From Candidatus Heimdallarchaeum endolithica (GTDB lineage Archaea > Asgardarchaeota > Heimdallarchaeia > Heimdallarchaeales > Heimdallarchaeaceae), in NCBI GenBank assembly GCA_021513715.1, contig CP084167.1:1888001-1952000 (forward strand): a stretch of DNA of 64,000 nucleotides, read 5' to 3'. Within the stretch, counting starts at the first letter, position 1. Each line of letters starts with the position of its first letter. The translations under genes and the position numbers were made by a program. Under the pieces are notes generated by a model, which saw only the letters and a list, made by a program, of their open reading frames with translations, was not told where the DNA came from and searched no databases. Shown here in pieces: positions 48,080 to 58,266 of this stretch.

Positions 48080-48958
48080 ATGACCATTTCTCAATCTTTG
48101 TGTTGGAAATCATCAAAAGAATTACGATACCATGTAGTTAGTAGTTTAAAGTATTTGGGCGTTAATCCAACAAAGATCAGAAGTCAAAATTTTTTGATTG
48201 ACTCAAATATTATAAAATATCAAATTGAGAAAGCAGGAATTAACCAAGAAGATATTGTTTTAGAGATTGGGGGGGGATTAGCTTCTTTAACAAAGTGTTT
48301 AGCAGAAAAAGCAAAAAAAGTTTATTGCATTGAGTTAGATAAAATATTTTCAAAATTTCTTCGAGATTATTTTTCTACATACAATAATGTTGAAATTATC
48401 AGTGGAGATGCCCTTAAAATAAAGTGGCCTTCTTTCTCTAAGAGTGTTTCAAATCTTCCATACCAGATATCATCACCAATAACTTTCAAACTTTTAGAAC
48501 AGTCCTTTCAAGTTGCAGTTTTAATGTATCAAAAAGAATTTGCTGAAAGACTATTTGCAGAACCTGGAAGCAAAAATTATTCACGACTTTCAGTTATGGT
48601 TAAACTAAAGGGCAAAGTGAAGTATCTGAAAACAATAAATGAACACTCTTTCTACCCTCAGCCAAAAGTAAAAGGCGCTCTAGTTGAGATTAAACCTTTA
48701 AATAGAGAGTTAAATTTGGACATTATTCAATTTGGGGAGTTTGTCACCAGTTTATTCACTTTAAAAGGGAAAACTGTAAGAAGCGCTCTAAAAATTAACT
48801 TTAAAAACACTTTTTCTAATTTATCTGAGAAAGAAAAAGAGAAATTAGAAAAATTGCCATTCATACATAGGAGAATATTTAGCCTTACTCAAAATGAATT
48901 GATTGAGTTATATAATGAGATTCTTAGAGCAGGATGGTATTCAAGTGAGAGACGTTAA
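48080..48958 (+). CDS. rsmA: 16S rRNA dimethyladenosine transferase KsgA/Dim1
   Basis: QNFLID, VLEIGGG, SNLPYQISS, QKEFAERL, YSRLSV. Confidence 0.93.
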   Translation: MTISQSLCWKSSKELRYHVVSSLKYLGVNPTKIRSQNFLIDSNIIKYQIEKAGINQEDIVLEIGGGLASLTKCLAEKAKKVYCIELDKIFSKFLRDYFSTYNNVEIISGDALKIKWPSFSKSVSNLPYQISSPITFKLLEQSFQVAVLMYQKEFAERLFAEPGSKNYSRLSVMVKLKGKVKYLKTINEHSFYPQPKVKGALVEIKPLNRELNLDIIQFGEFVTSLFTLKGKTVRSALKINFKNTFSNLSEKEKEKLEKLPFIHRRIFSLTQNELIELYNEILRAGWYSSERR

Positions 48959-49571
48959 TCAATATTATTTAGATAAATACAACATTCATTTAAGAATCAA
49001 TGATGACGTTTACGAGCCTGCTGAAGACTCCTTTCTAATGATAGATAATGTGGATATTCCAAAAAATGCTAAAATAATACTAGAAATAGGTTGTGGAAGC
49101 GGAATAATTAGTCTTGCTCTTAGTAAAAAATATCTTAATAAGCGTTTCATTGTTTCTGATATCTCTTTTATATCTACACAGTATACAAACTACAATGTAA
49201 AATTAAACAAATTACAAAATAATATAGATGTAATATGCTCTGATTCGATAAACGCATTAATTAATTTTTCTCCAGACATAATTCTTTGGAATCCCCCATA
49301 TCTACCTGAAGAAGAGAGTTCTTTTTTTACTCCCACTGAAAGGATGATGCTTTTTGGTGGAAAAAAAGGGTATGAAGCAGTTTATAAGTTAATAAATAAA
49401 TTTAATAAAAGAAAGATGAAAACAACATTTTATACTATTTTTTCTTCATTAGCTTGGGACCCAGAAGAAAGAAAGAGGGATGATAGTTCAAGGATCAAAT
49501 TTGAAATTGTTAAAGAACAAAAACTTCCCTTTGAAAAATTATTTTTAGTAAAAATTCTTATAGGAGACTAG
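48903..49571 (+). CDS. HemK2/Mtq2 family protein methyltransferase (true start may be downstream)
   Basis: VYEPAEDS, LEIGCGSG, NPPY. Confidence 0.88.
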   Translation: MSYIMRFLEQDGIQVRDVNQYYLDKYNIHLRINDDVYEPAEDSFLMIDNVDIPKNAKIILEIGCGSGIISLALSKKYLNKRFIVSDISFISTQYTNYNVKLNKLQNNIDVICSDSINALINFSPDIILWNPPYLPEEESSFFTPTERMMLFGGKKGYEAVYKLINKFNKRKMKTTFYTIFSSLAWDPEERKRDDSSRIKFEIVKEQKLPFEKLFLVKILIGD

Positions 49572-49572
49572 T

Positions 49573-50316
49573 TTGACAATGCTAGAAAAAACGTTATTAA
49601 ACTACTCTGTAGTATTAGTACAACCTAAAATAAAAGGAAATATTGGTGCAATTGCTAGACTCTGTAACAACTACAATGCAAAAAACCTCATTTTAATTGA
49701 TCCTCAAGTAGATCATCTATCGTCAGAGTCAAGAGCAAGAGCAATGCATTCACTCAAATATTTGGAAAACGCAGAGATCTATCCTACTCTCTCGGATATT
49801 AGAGGAAGATTTACTACACTTATAGCAACCACAGCAAAAGCAGGTGAACAGTATAAAATTTCAAGACAACCTCTATTGCCCTGGGATTTTACTGAACTAA
49901 AAATACCTTCAAACGCAAAAATTGGAGTAGTTTTTGGCAGAGAAGACATTGGACTACTAAATGAAGAAATCGATATGTGCGACATTCTAGTCAATGTTCC
50001 TTTACCTGGAGAACACAAGGTACTGAATCTATCACATGCTGTAGCCATTTTATTACATGAATTGTGGAAAGCATCAACAGCTATTGAAACAATTAAGAAA
50101 CAAGAACGAATGTCAACATACAACGAAAGGAAGATCCTCTTTGATGAAGTGGAAAAAATTTTAGTTAAAATAGAATATTTTGATCACAAAAGGACAATAG
50201 CGAATAAGTTAATTCAAAAGATAATAAATAGAAGTTTCCCAAATCATCACGAGATTCATTCATTAATAGGATTTTTCAAGGCAATAAGAAGAAAATTAGA
50301 AAAAAAATGTAGATGA
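49573..50316 (+). CDS. trmJ: TrmJ family tRNA 2'-O-methyltransferase (SPOUT)
   Basis: GNIGAIAR, VFGREDIGL.NEE, LNLSHAV. Confidence 0.88.
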   Translation: MTMLEKTLLNYSVVLVQPKIKGNIGAIARLCNNYNAKNLILIDPQVDHLSSESRARAMHSLKYLENAEIYPTLSDIRGRFTTLIATTAKAGEQYKISRQPLLPWDFTELKIPSNAKIGVVFGREDIGLLNEEIDMCDILVNVPLPGEHKVLNLSHAVAILLHELWKASTAIETIKKQERMSTYNERKILFDEVEKILVKIEYFDHKRTIANKLIQKIINRSFPNHHEIHSLIGFFKAIRRKLEKKCR

Positions 50317-50933
50317 GAATAATGAAACAAAAGGACTTAGAGATCTTTTTATCGAGGTTAAAAACATTTCAAAAACCAAAAGTTTCCTTAGAACAATACC
50401 AAATCCCACCAAGACTAGCTGCCATGATTGTTTACAGAGCATATTTGCTGGGAGAAATAGAAAAAAAAAGTGTTTTAGATCTTTGTTGTGGTACTGGCTC
50501 TTTTTCTATAGCTGCAAAATTACTAGGTGCGAGAGAAGTATTTGGAGTTGACATAGACTGGTCTGCCATAAAAATAGCTAATGAAAATTCATCTAAATTT
50601 AACATCTATGTTGAATGGATATTAAGTGACGTATTAAAAACAAATTTTAAAGTAGACACAGCTTTTATGAATAGTCCCTTTGGTATCCAAGGAAAAACCA
50701 GAGATAAATTTTTTCTTGAAATTGCATTAAGAAGTGCAAAAACTTTATACTCCATACATCTTTATAATGAAGAGAACATTAAATTTTTAAAAAGGATAGT
50801 TGAAAAACATAACAAACAAATATCAGAAATCTTCAAAGCAGAATTTGAGATACCAAAAATATTTAAGTTTCATAAAAAAAGATACCACATTATTAATGTA
50901 GCAATTATAAAAACAGAGAATAAGAAAAATTAA
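50313..50933 (+). CDS. METTL5 family methyltransferase
   Basis: PKVSLEQY, VLDLCCGTG, MNSPFG, YSIH, FHKK. Confidence 0.85.
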   Translation: MRIMKQKDLEIFLSRLKTFQKPKVSLEQYQIPPRLAAMIVYRAYLLGEIEKKSVLDLCCGTGSFSIAAKLLGAREVFGVDIDWSAIKIANENSSKFNIYVEWILSDVLKTNFKVDTAFMNSPFGIQGKTRDKFFLEIALRSAKTLYSIHLYNEENIKFLKRIVEKHNKQISEIFKAEFEIPKIFKFHKKRYHIINVAIIKTENKKN

Positions 50934-50934
50934 G

Positions 50935-51114
50935 CTATTTTGATTTATTTAACTGATTTTTTAGCAAGTTTCTACGATATTTGCTATATTTTTGCTCTTT
51001 TTCGATAGAGAACCTAGCTGGATGAGGAGTATAAGTTTTACCTCCACAATGGGGACACAAATCAGGTTTAAGAGTATATTCACCACAATTTGCGCATTTA
51101 TAAAGAGTCTTCAT
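50935..51114 (-). CDS. nop10: H/ACA RNP protein Nop10
   Basis: C..CGEYTL...CPHCGG.T...HPARFS...KYR; follows aIF2a. Confidence 0.92.
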   Translation of the reverse strand: MKTLYKCANCGEYTLKPDLCPHCGGKTYTPHPARFSIEKEQKYSKYRRNLLKNQLNKSK

Positions 51115-51115
51115 T

Positions 51116-51922
51116 TTAATCACTAGAAACATCAGAAATAGTAAAACTAGCTTCATGACCCTCTAAAGACTGTTCAATTTTTTCAACAACTTTAGATAGT
51201 AATTCCTCACCGACTTTTACATCTCTAGCTTTTATTACAAGCCGATAATGAGGAGCTCCAACAGTAAAGATGTCTAAGCTTAGTTCTGCTTTTTCCATAT
51301 CTTTGAACTCTTCTCGTGCTTTTAATGCATTAAGTAACGCACCTTTTATAACTTCAATACCATTACTTTCCCAGCATAAAAGTTCAATATCCTTCTGAAT
51401 TGTTTTAATTGGTATAGTAAGATTCTTGTGAGCAATTTCTGTTAATATCGTTGCCCAATCCTCGGATACACCAGCATCAGTAAAAGCTTGCTCATTTTTG
51501 AAAAGTGCTTCCTCAAATGCTTGGTAAAAAGTTTCATAATAATTTGAGCATGGATCTTCTACGTCATTCCTTGCAGTTTCCAAATCTACCTTTCTCTTCT
51601 TTGCAGCAATTTCTAGAAAAGCAAGAGCAGTCTTATAATGTTTCCAATCTTCGATTTTAGAGCGACGAAGGCTTTCAGAAACTCGTTTTAAGCTAACATC
51701 AATTTGAGTACCAGTTACTCGTTGAACTCGACCTACAACTTTTTTTCCTTCTCTAACCACATTACGTATATTCCTAACCCAAGTTGAAGACAATTCACTT
51801 ATATGGCAATAAGCAATGAGATCTTCATATTCATCAAGTTTTATGTAACACCCATGACTTTCAATTTTTGTAATAGTACCTAAGACTAGATCTCCAGGTT
51901 CAGGTAAATTTCTTCTACTCAT
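51116..51922 (-). CDS. eif2a: Translation initiation factor aIF2 alpha
   Basis: LPEPGDLV, HISELS..WVRNIR, IDVSLKRV, GAPHYR. Confidence 0.94.
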   Translation of the reverse strand: MSRRNLPEPGDLVLGTITKIESHGCYIKLDEYEDLIAYCHISELSSTWVRNIRNVVREGKKVVGRVQRVTGTQIDVSLKRVSESLRRSKIEDWKHYKTALAFLEIAAKKRKVDLETARNDVEDPCSNYYETFYQAFEEALFKNEQAFTDAGVSEDWATILTEIAHKNLTIPIKTIQKDIELLCWESNGIEVIKGALLNALKAREEFKDMEKAELSLDIFTVGAPHYRLVIKARDVKVGEELLSKVVEKIEQSLEGHEASFTISDVSSD

Positions 51923-52412
51923 TATAAACCAATGTTAATTCAAATTAGGCATATAAAAACTTAAGGTTTGGATTCCTATAATTGTGGGTGCTACATACAA
52001 ATTTCAACACAATGAAAACAGATTTGGAGATAAAAAAGTTTAGTTAATTTTCTTTTATTTTCAACTCTCATTTTTTATCCCATATAGAAAAAATTACTTT
52101 GTTATGTTTCTGTGTAGAAAAATAAGGGCTTTCTACTGACTAACTAATTGTTACACATTTACAAGTAAATTATTAAGTAAAATTAATTTATAAAAAGAGA
52201 ATAAAAAACAGAACTACATTAAATTCATTATCTTCAACACATATGATTTTCATTTAAGAAAACTTGTAGAAATTCACAAAGTATTGTAATTATAGCCTTA
52301 TAAAAAAAGTCAAAAAAATAATCAAAAAACGAATAGAAACATTACTAAAGAAACAAATTTAACCAATTTTTATTTGGAAAATATTAATAAAGGCTTGAAA
52401 TCTACGGCGAAT

Positions 52413-53747
52413 ATGAAACAAAAAAATAGTCTAATTATTTTAGTAATTATTGTTTTCTCTTGTTTCACAGTGAAGAACGTTTATTCGTCTAGTAATTCAA
52501 TTATTCAAACTGGCGACACTATTTGGAAAATTGAAGTTGGCACTCAAGCACCAGATTTCTCAATCACTGACGTAGATTCCAAAATTACTTACAAACTAAG
52601 TGACTTTACAGGAAAACCAGTTATGCTAGATTTCTTTGCAACTTGGTGTACTTATTGCGTTCAAGCACTTCCTCACTTAGTTGATATTTATGAAATTTTT
52701 GGTAACGATATTCAAATTATTTCAATCGACGTTGATGAAGATGAAACTGATAAACAAATATCTTCTTTTCGTAAATCACACAACATGGACTGGATAGTTG
52801 GTTCTGATAAAGAAAACATAGGTGACGCCTATGGAGTAAGTGGTATTCCACATTTTGTCATCATTGATCAAGACCAAATTGTTTCTTATGAATTAATTGG
52901 CTTTGCAGAGGCATACGCAGCTGTCATGAAAGATGAAATTTACAAGTTACTTCCTGATACTGTTGCACCTACGATTACTGATTTCCAATATACTATAATT
53001 GGAGATAATTTGTCTGTTTACTCTCCAGAACTACGTGCTTTTGCTAACATCACTGAAGATCGTGAAGTTTCAAATGCTGAACTCATCTTATCAGGTGGTT
53101 CCGATTCTGAAACAACTTGTTTACTTACTCCTAAACGTGAAGGTGATTTCTTTATTATTAACGAAACTGTCTCCATTGATGTAACCTTTTTGTATTCTCA
53201 GGATGAAATTAGCGCAAAGCTAGTCGTAAGTGATTTCAAAGAAAATGAAGATGTTAGCAGTGTTCTCACTATTTCAGTCACTCATTATGACGATTCCAGT
53301 GCTCCAAAAATAGTAAAAACTGACATAGAAGTCTCAGAAGTTTCTGATAAATTCCAAATTGATGTTAGTGTTGTTATTCAGGAAGATTTATTCCTTGTTT
53401 CTGCTAATGCTACAATACTTAAAAATTATGAACGCTGGTACCCGAAACCTCTAATGCAGGTCAACACTACCTTTTGGGAGACTTCATTTACTTTATCAAA
53501 AACAATGGCACATTTATGTGAACTTAACTTAACTATTGAACTTAAGGATGTAGCCAGTAATTTTGTGAACAATACGCTACCCGTTCCTACTGATTTAGAT
53601 CCTTCTGGCTGTGAAGTCGAAGAACCAACAGAATCAACAGAACCAACAGAATCAACAGAACCAACAAAAACGCCCATTTCTACATTTATAACCCTTATTA
53701 CATTAATCACATTGGCATCAGTATATTATAATTTCAAGAAAAAGTAA
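52413..53747 (+). CDS. Surface TlpA/ResA-like thiol-disulfide oxidoreductase with stalk and C-terminal anchor
   Basis: Signal peptide, APDF, FFATWCTYC, YGVSGIP; C-terminal EPTEST linker, KTP + TM + KKK. Confidence 0.85.
   Translation: MKQKNSLIILVIIVFSCFTVKNVYSSSNSIIQTGDTIWKIEVGTQAPDFSITDVDSKITYKLSDFTGKPVMLDFFATWCTYCVQALPHLVDIYEIFGNDIQIISIDVDEDETDKQISSFRKSHNMDWIVGSDKENIGDAYGVSGIPHFVIIDQDQIVSYELIGFAEAYAAVMKDEIYKLLPDTVAPTITDFQYTIIGDNLSVYSPELRAFANITEDREVSNAELILSGGSDSETTCLLTPKREGDFFIINETVSIDVTFLYSQDEISAKLVVSDFKENEDVSSVLTISVTHYDDSSAPKIVKTDIEVSEVSDKFQIDVSVVIQEDLFLVSANATILKNYERWYPKPLMQVNTTFWETSFTLSKTMAHLCELNLTIELKDVASNFVNNTLPVPTDLDPSGCEVEEPTESTEPTESTEPTKTPISTFITLITLITLASVYYNFKKK
53621..53666 (+). 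repeat. 18-nt tandem repeat x2.5 encoding EPTEST linker
   Basis: agaaccaacagaatcaac repeated. Confidence 0.85.
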
Positions 53748-53881
53748 TTTTTTTCTTTCTTTTTTGTTTGTGCAGTTTATGTTGTTCGTTTTTCTTCTTT
53801 TTTCTTTTTGATTCCTTTTGTATAAACTTATCGAAAATAAAAACATTCTTTAGTTCATATATTTTGATAAGCTTGATTAAA

Positions 53882-55222
53882 ATGCTTGGCACTTTAGGCA
53901 ATAAGCTTCACAAAGCTATTACCAATTTCATTCGAGGGGGAGTTGCAGATAAAGAAGCAATAAAACAATTGAAAAATGAAATGTTACGTGCTTTACTTGA
54001 AAGTGACGTCGATTTTGAGATAGCTAATAAAGTAGTCAGCGAAGTTGAAAAAAAATCTTTGGAAAAAGAACTTCCAGAAGGTCTATCTAGAAAGAAAAGT
54101 GTTATTGGTATTATCCATGACGAGCTAGTAGCTATCTTAGGAAAAAAACACTATCCCATCACAATAAATCCAGATAGACCAACTATCATTATGCTTATAG
54201 GTATTCAAGGTAGTGGAAAAACAACTACAACAGCTAAGATTGCAAAATATATTAAAAAACGAGGAAAAAAAGTAGCTGTAGTAACTGCAGACAACTGGAG
54301 ACCAGGGGCGTATGAACAGCTTCAACAACTTTGTTCTCAAATTGATGTCCCAGTATATGGTGATCCTGAAAATAAACGTACTGTAAAAATAGCTCAAGCA
54401 GGTATTAAGAAGTTTTTAGATGAAAAATATAATTATATCATTTTAGATACAGCAGGGCGACATAAGGAAGAGAAAGATTTACTAAATGAGATGAATGAAC
54501 TCTACTCAAAGATCAAACCTGATGAAGTCATTTTAGTAATTGATGGTAACCTAGGTCAAACAGCTTATAAACAAGCTAAAGCATTTGCTGAAAAAACACC
54601 CATAGGATCGATAATAGTCACAAAACTTGATGGTAGTGCAAAAGGAGGAGGAGCTCTTTCTGCAGCTGCAGCAGCTAAAGTTCCGATTAAATTCATTGGT
54701 AATGGAGAAACCATTAATGATTTTGAAGAATTTAACCCCACATCATTTGTTGGAAGACTATTAGGGCTAGGAGATATTGAGGGCCTTTTGAAAGAAGTAA
54801 AAGAGTTAGAAGCCTTACCCTCAAAAGAACAAGCTTTAGATATGTTAAGTGGAAAAATAACTTTTCGTCAAATGATGGAACTACTAGGACAATTTTCAAA
54901 GATGGGTTCAATGAAAAGGATGTTATCTATGATACCAGGTTTAGGAATGACACTTACGGATGATATGCTAGATATTAGTAAGGAAAATATGAAAAAATTT
55001 GAAGTAATAATGAATTCAATGACAGACAAAGAACTAGACAACAAGGTGAAACTAAACCAATCTAGAATCAATCGAATTGCCAGAGGAAGTGGGAGATCTC
55101 ATACAGAAGTAAAGGAGTTAATCAATCAACACAAAATGGTTTCACAGATGATGAAAAAAATGAAAAAGAGCAGAAGAGGAGGATTACAAATACCTGGTTT
55201 TCCTCCAGGTATGTTTGGTTAG
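53882..55222 (+). CDS. srp54: Signal recognition particle protein Srp54
   Basis: GIQGSGKTTT, DTAGRH, TKLDGSAKGGGALS, Met-rich M domain RIARGSG. Confidence 0.96.
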   Translation: MLGTLGNKLHKAITNFIRGGVADKEAIKQLKNEMLRALLESDVDFEIANKVVSEVEKKSLEKELPEGLSRKKSVIGIIHDELVAILGKKHYPITINPDRPTIIMLIGIQGSGKTTTTAKIAKYIKKRGKKVAVVTADNWRPGAYEQLQQLCSQIDVPVYGDPENKRTVKIAQAGIKKFLDEKYNYIILDTAGRHKEEKDLLNEMNELYSKIKPDEVILVIDGNLGQTAYKQAKAFAEKTPIGSIIVTKLDGSAKGGGALSAAAAAKVPIKFIGNGETINDFEEFNPTSFVGRLLGLGDIEGLLKEVKELEALPSKEQALDMLSGKITFRQMMELLGQFSKMGSMKRMLSMIPGLGMTLTDDMLDISKENMKKFEVIMNSMTDKELDNKVKLNQSRINRIARGSGRSHTEVKELINQHKMVSQMMKKMKKSRRGGLQIPGFPPGMFG

Positions 55223-55243
55223 AACAACAATAGGGATCCTAAC

Positions 55244-55831
55244 ATGTCAAAAACCCATTTCATACTTTTTGCTCCACCAGCCCATTTATTTGAAAAAAAT
55301 GACATTTATACCCCTTTTTCTCGTTTTAGTTATATTCACGGAACGTATATTAAAGCGATAGCAGATTGTTTCTTTCTATCAAATAAATTTCGAGTTAATA
55401 ATACCTTACATTATTATACATTTTTCAAAAATAGCACGTATATTATCTCCTTTGATGGGAAGAAGTTAAGATATTTAGGACCCAGTTATTTTTCAGCCAG
55501 TAATCTGCTTCTTCGTGCTTTAACCCACATAGTCAACCCTCGTTCCAAGAAGGGAAAATTAACTCCGGGATTATCCGTGGAAAAGATAGAAGAAGAACCA
55601 TTTATTCATATCCAAAAAAAATATGAGAGTAAAGATATTTTTCTAATTACTAACAGAACACAAACGAAAAAAGAAGAAATCACTACCCAACTATCACATG
55701 AAGGAGCAGTTTTTTTATTTGGATATCAAAAAAAGAACAAAAATTGGAAAGAAATTTTCTTAGGGGACATCGAAATTGATGAACAAATGATATTACTTAA
55801 TTACTACCTCGATTTGTATAAATTATGTTAG
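55244..55831 (+). CDS. Divergent TrmY-like (tRNA pseudouridine-54 N1-methyltransferase) protein
   Basis: FFLSN.FR, ISFDG..LRYL.P, TPGLSV; overlaps pus10; SPOUT knot motifs poorly conserved. Confidence 0.6.
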   Translation: MSKTHFILFAPPAHLFEKNDIYTPFSRFSYIHGTYIKAIADCFFLSNKFRVNNTLHYYTFFKNSTYIISFDGKKLRYLGPSYFSASNLLLRALTHIVNPRSKKGKLTPGLSVEKIEEEPFIHIQKKYESKDIFLITNRTQTKKEEITTQLSHEGAVFLFGYQKKNKNWKEIFLGDIEIDEQMILLNYYLDLYKLC

Positions 55832-57141
55832 CCTTACTGGACAAATCTAAAAAGATTCTAGAAGAATACACTTTATGTGATTATTGTCTAGGTAGACAGT
55901 TTTCAAATTTAGCTACTGGAACAACAAATAAAGACCGAGGAATTTCAATAAAACTGGTTTTAGCAATGAGTAGTACCGTAGAAAAAGAGCAGGTAGATAT
56001 AGAATTATTACAAAATTTATCAAAAACAGGAGCGATATTTGCAAAAAAGACTCTAAAAAAACTAGGATTTACCCCAGAAGAAACTCAAAAATGTTTTTTA
56101 TGCGAAGGAAAAATAGAAGAATTAGAAGAGCTATTACAAGAAATTATTGAAGAAATCAATGAATATGAGTTTGAAAGTTTTCTAATTGGGAGTGTGTTGG
56201 ATAATAATTTTTATGTTAAAGAAAATGAGATTAAAGACAAATTCGGCTTACACGGTACAGAATATTTAAAACAAGAGTTTAACAGAGAGATAGGAAAAAA
56301 AATCAGTAAAAAAACAAATAAAAGAACAGAATTCAATACACCAGATATAATTATAGAATGTAATCCGTTTTCATCAAAAATAGTAGAAGTAAAAATTCGT
56401 TCTGCTTACATTTATGGAAGGTATAATAAATATATTCGAACCATTCCACAAACGCATTGGGACTGTAGAAACTGCAAAGGAAAAGGATGTGAAAAATGTA
56501 ATTTTACAGGAAAGAACTATGCAGAATCAGTGGAAGAACTGATGGCAAAGACAGTTTTAGAAGTCACAAAAGGAGAAAAAGCGGTATTACATGGTTCAGG
56601 AAGGGAAGATATAGATGTGAGGATGCTAGGTTCAGGGAGACCATTTGTACTAGAAGTAAAAAAACCAAGAATAAGAAAAATAGACCTAAAAAAACTAGAA
56701 GAACAAATAAATGAAGAAGCAAAAAATAAAATAAAAGTAAATAACCTAAGGATATCTTCAAAAAAAGAAGTTGTAAAAATTAAAACAAAGTCACAACAAT
56801 TATCTAAGAAGTATAAAGCGATTGTAGAATTCAAAAATGATGTTTCAGATGAAATAATAAGAAAAATTGAAGAAATTTTAAAAGATATAACACTAAATCA
56901 AAAAACACCAACAAGAGTGAAACATAGAAGAGCAGATATAATAAGAAAAAAGAAAGTACATGAAGTAAAATGTAAAAGAATAGATGAAAAACATATAGAA
57001 GCAATAATAACATGTGAGGGAGGAACATATGTGAAAGAGTTAATATCAGGAGATGAGGGAAGAACAGAACCTAGCTTTACAGAAATAGCAAAAAACAGTG
57101 CCGAGTGTATAGAACTAGATGTATTGGAAATAGAAGAATAA
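55825..57141 (+). CDS. pus10: tRNA pseudouridine(54/55) synthase Pus10
   Basis: LCDYCLGRQF, GRYNK..R.IPQT.W, HGSGREDIDVRMLG.GRPF, Q.TP.RV.HRR, GGTYVKELISGD. Confidence 0.95.
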   Translation: MLALLDKSKKILEEYTLCDYCLGRQFSNLATGTTNKDRGISIKLVLAMSSTVEKEQVDIELLQNLSKTGAIFAKKTLKKLGFTPEETQKCFLCEGKIEELEELLQEIIEEINEYEFESFLIGSVLDNNFYVKENEIKDKFGLHGTEYLKQEFNREIGKKISKKTNKRTEFNTPDIIIECNPFSSKIVEVKIRSAYIYGRYNKYIRTIPQTHWDCRNCKGKGCEKCNFTGKNYAESVEELMAKTVLEVTKGEKAVLHGSGREDIDVRMLGSGRPFVLEVKKPRIRKIDLKKLEEQINEEAKNKIKVNNLRISSKKEVVKIKTKSQQLSKKYKAIVEFKNDVSDEIIRKIEEILKDITLNQKTPTRVKHRRADIIRKKKVHEVKCKRIDEKHIEAIITCEGGTYVKELISGDEGRTEPSFTEIAKNSAECIELDVLEIEE

Positions 57142-57300
57142 AAAGAGAAAAAGTAAAACAAGATTAAATACCAACTATTACAAATAAAATAAGAAAATAA
57201 TCTATAAATTAAAAAATAAGGAAAATCAATAAAATCAAAAAGCAAAAAGTTTTAATAAAGAATAAGAAGAAAAAAAATAGAAACAAAAACAACCAAAGAA

Positions 57301-57421
57301 GAGGGGATTGTCGAGCGGTCAAAGACGACAGGCTTAAGATCAGATTGCTTCTTTGAAAAAGGGCTAGAGAAGGAACCTGTTCCTTAGTGGTTCGGGAGTT
57401 CGAATCTCCCTCCCCTCACCA
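57301..57421 (+). tRNA. tRNA-Leu(TAA) with 36-nt intron (57339-57374) at 37/38; CCA encoded
   Basis: GAGGGGA/TCCCCTC, ACAGG/CCTGT, long variable arm, GGGAG-TTCGAAT-CTCCC. Confidence 0.9.
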
Positions 57422-57589
57422 CCACTAATAGAGAATTTTTAAAAAAAACTTTTCTAAATTAAAAGGGGGAAAAGAGAGAAGAGAAGATTAGGTTAAACTA
57501 CTCTCCTCAAAATAAATATAAGAAGTTAATATATAAGGATAGCAATTCTAGAATCCAAATTTCAGATAAACGATAGAAAAAAAATAGGG

Positions 57590-57868
57590 TTAATCATCAC
57601 TTATTTCAAGAAGGGTGATGATTTGTAATAGAATTGTTCTTGCATGCATTGGACAATTAGGATCTAAACTTATTTCTTCTAATATTTCTATAGCATTATT
57701 TGCTTTAACTGCAAGACTCAATTCAGGGTCGGGATCTCTTATAATTTCTAGTGAATTTGATGCTGCGCGTCTGATATTTCTTGGGACTGTAGTGTCTTCA
57801 GAAACTCGTTCAAGAAGCGCAATAGCTTCATTAATTTGTTCAACAGACTCATTATCCATTTCAAACAC
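57590..57868 (-). CDS. UPF0147 family protein
   Basis: D.TVPRNIRRAA, LEEIS.DPN.P.HART. Confidence 0.9.
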   Translation of the reverse strand: MFEMDNESVEQINEAIALLERVSEDTTVPRNIRRAASNSLEIIRDPDPELSLAVKANNAIEILEEISLDPNCPMHARTILLQIITLLEISDD

Positions 57869-58112
57869 CTCATAAATTTAAATGAAAGAACACACTACAC
57901 TTACCATCAGAGTTACTAGGTTTTTAACTTTTTCGAGAGAAGATTTTTAAATGAAAAAAAGAAGTTCAGAACTTTTTGCCTATAGAGATTAGAAATAGTA
58001 AAAAAAATAAATGAGGAAAGGATGATTAGATAAAAATCCCTAAACCAAAAATATAAAAAAGAGAGAAAAAAGAAAGTTTTGATAATATTCAAACTGTAAT
58101 ACAAACCGAGAT

Positions 58113-58188
58113 GGGCCAGTGGTCTAGTGGCTATGACATCTCCCTTACGCGGAGAGGATCGCAGGTTCAATTCCTGCTTGGCCCACCA
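58113..58188 (+). tRNA. tRNA-Val(TAC), no intron; CCA encoded
   Basis: GGGCCAG/TTGGCCC, TCTCC-CTTACGC-GGAGA, GCAGG-TTCAATT-CCTGC. Confidence 0.93.
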
Positions 58189-58266
58189 CATCTAAACAAA
58201 TAAAATCTTTCTTGTTAGTTGAATATTCATTCAGTAAAAATATTTTTAGGAGAGTGGAAGATTTTT

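Noticed and set aside
50665-50685. METTL5-like NSPF instead of NPPF
   Set aside because: Single substitution with the catalytic Asn kept; too weak to infer altered function
51923-52412. 490-bp intergenic gap as a possible ncRNA or lost rpl44e/rps27e
   Set aside because: No C/D boxes, stable stems or Zn-finger ORF remnants could be identified by eye
53768-53881. N-terminal extensions of Srp54, uS8, uS17 and Nop10 in the ORF track
   Set aside because: Artefacts of upstream alternative starts; homology and SD positions favour downstream ATGs
57916-58191. 91-aa minus-strand ORF
   Set aside because: Antisense to tRNA-Val plus low-complexity A-rich DNA
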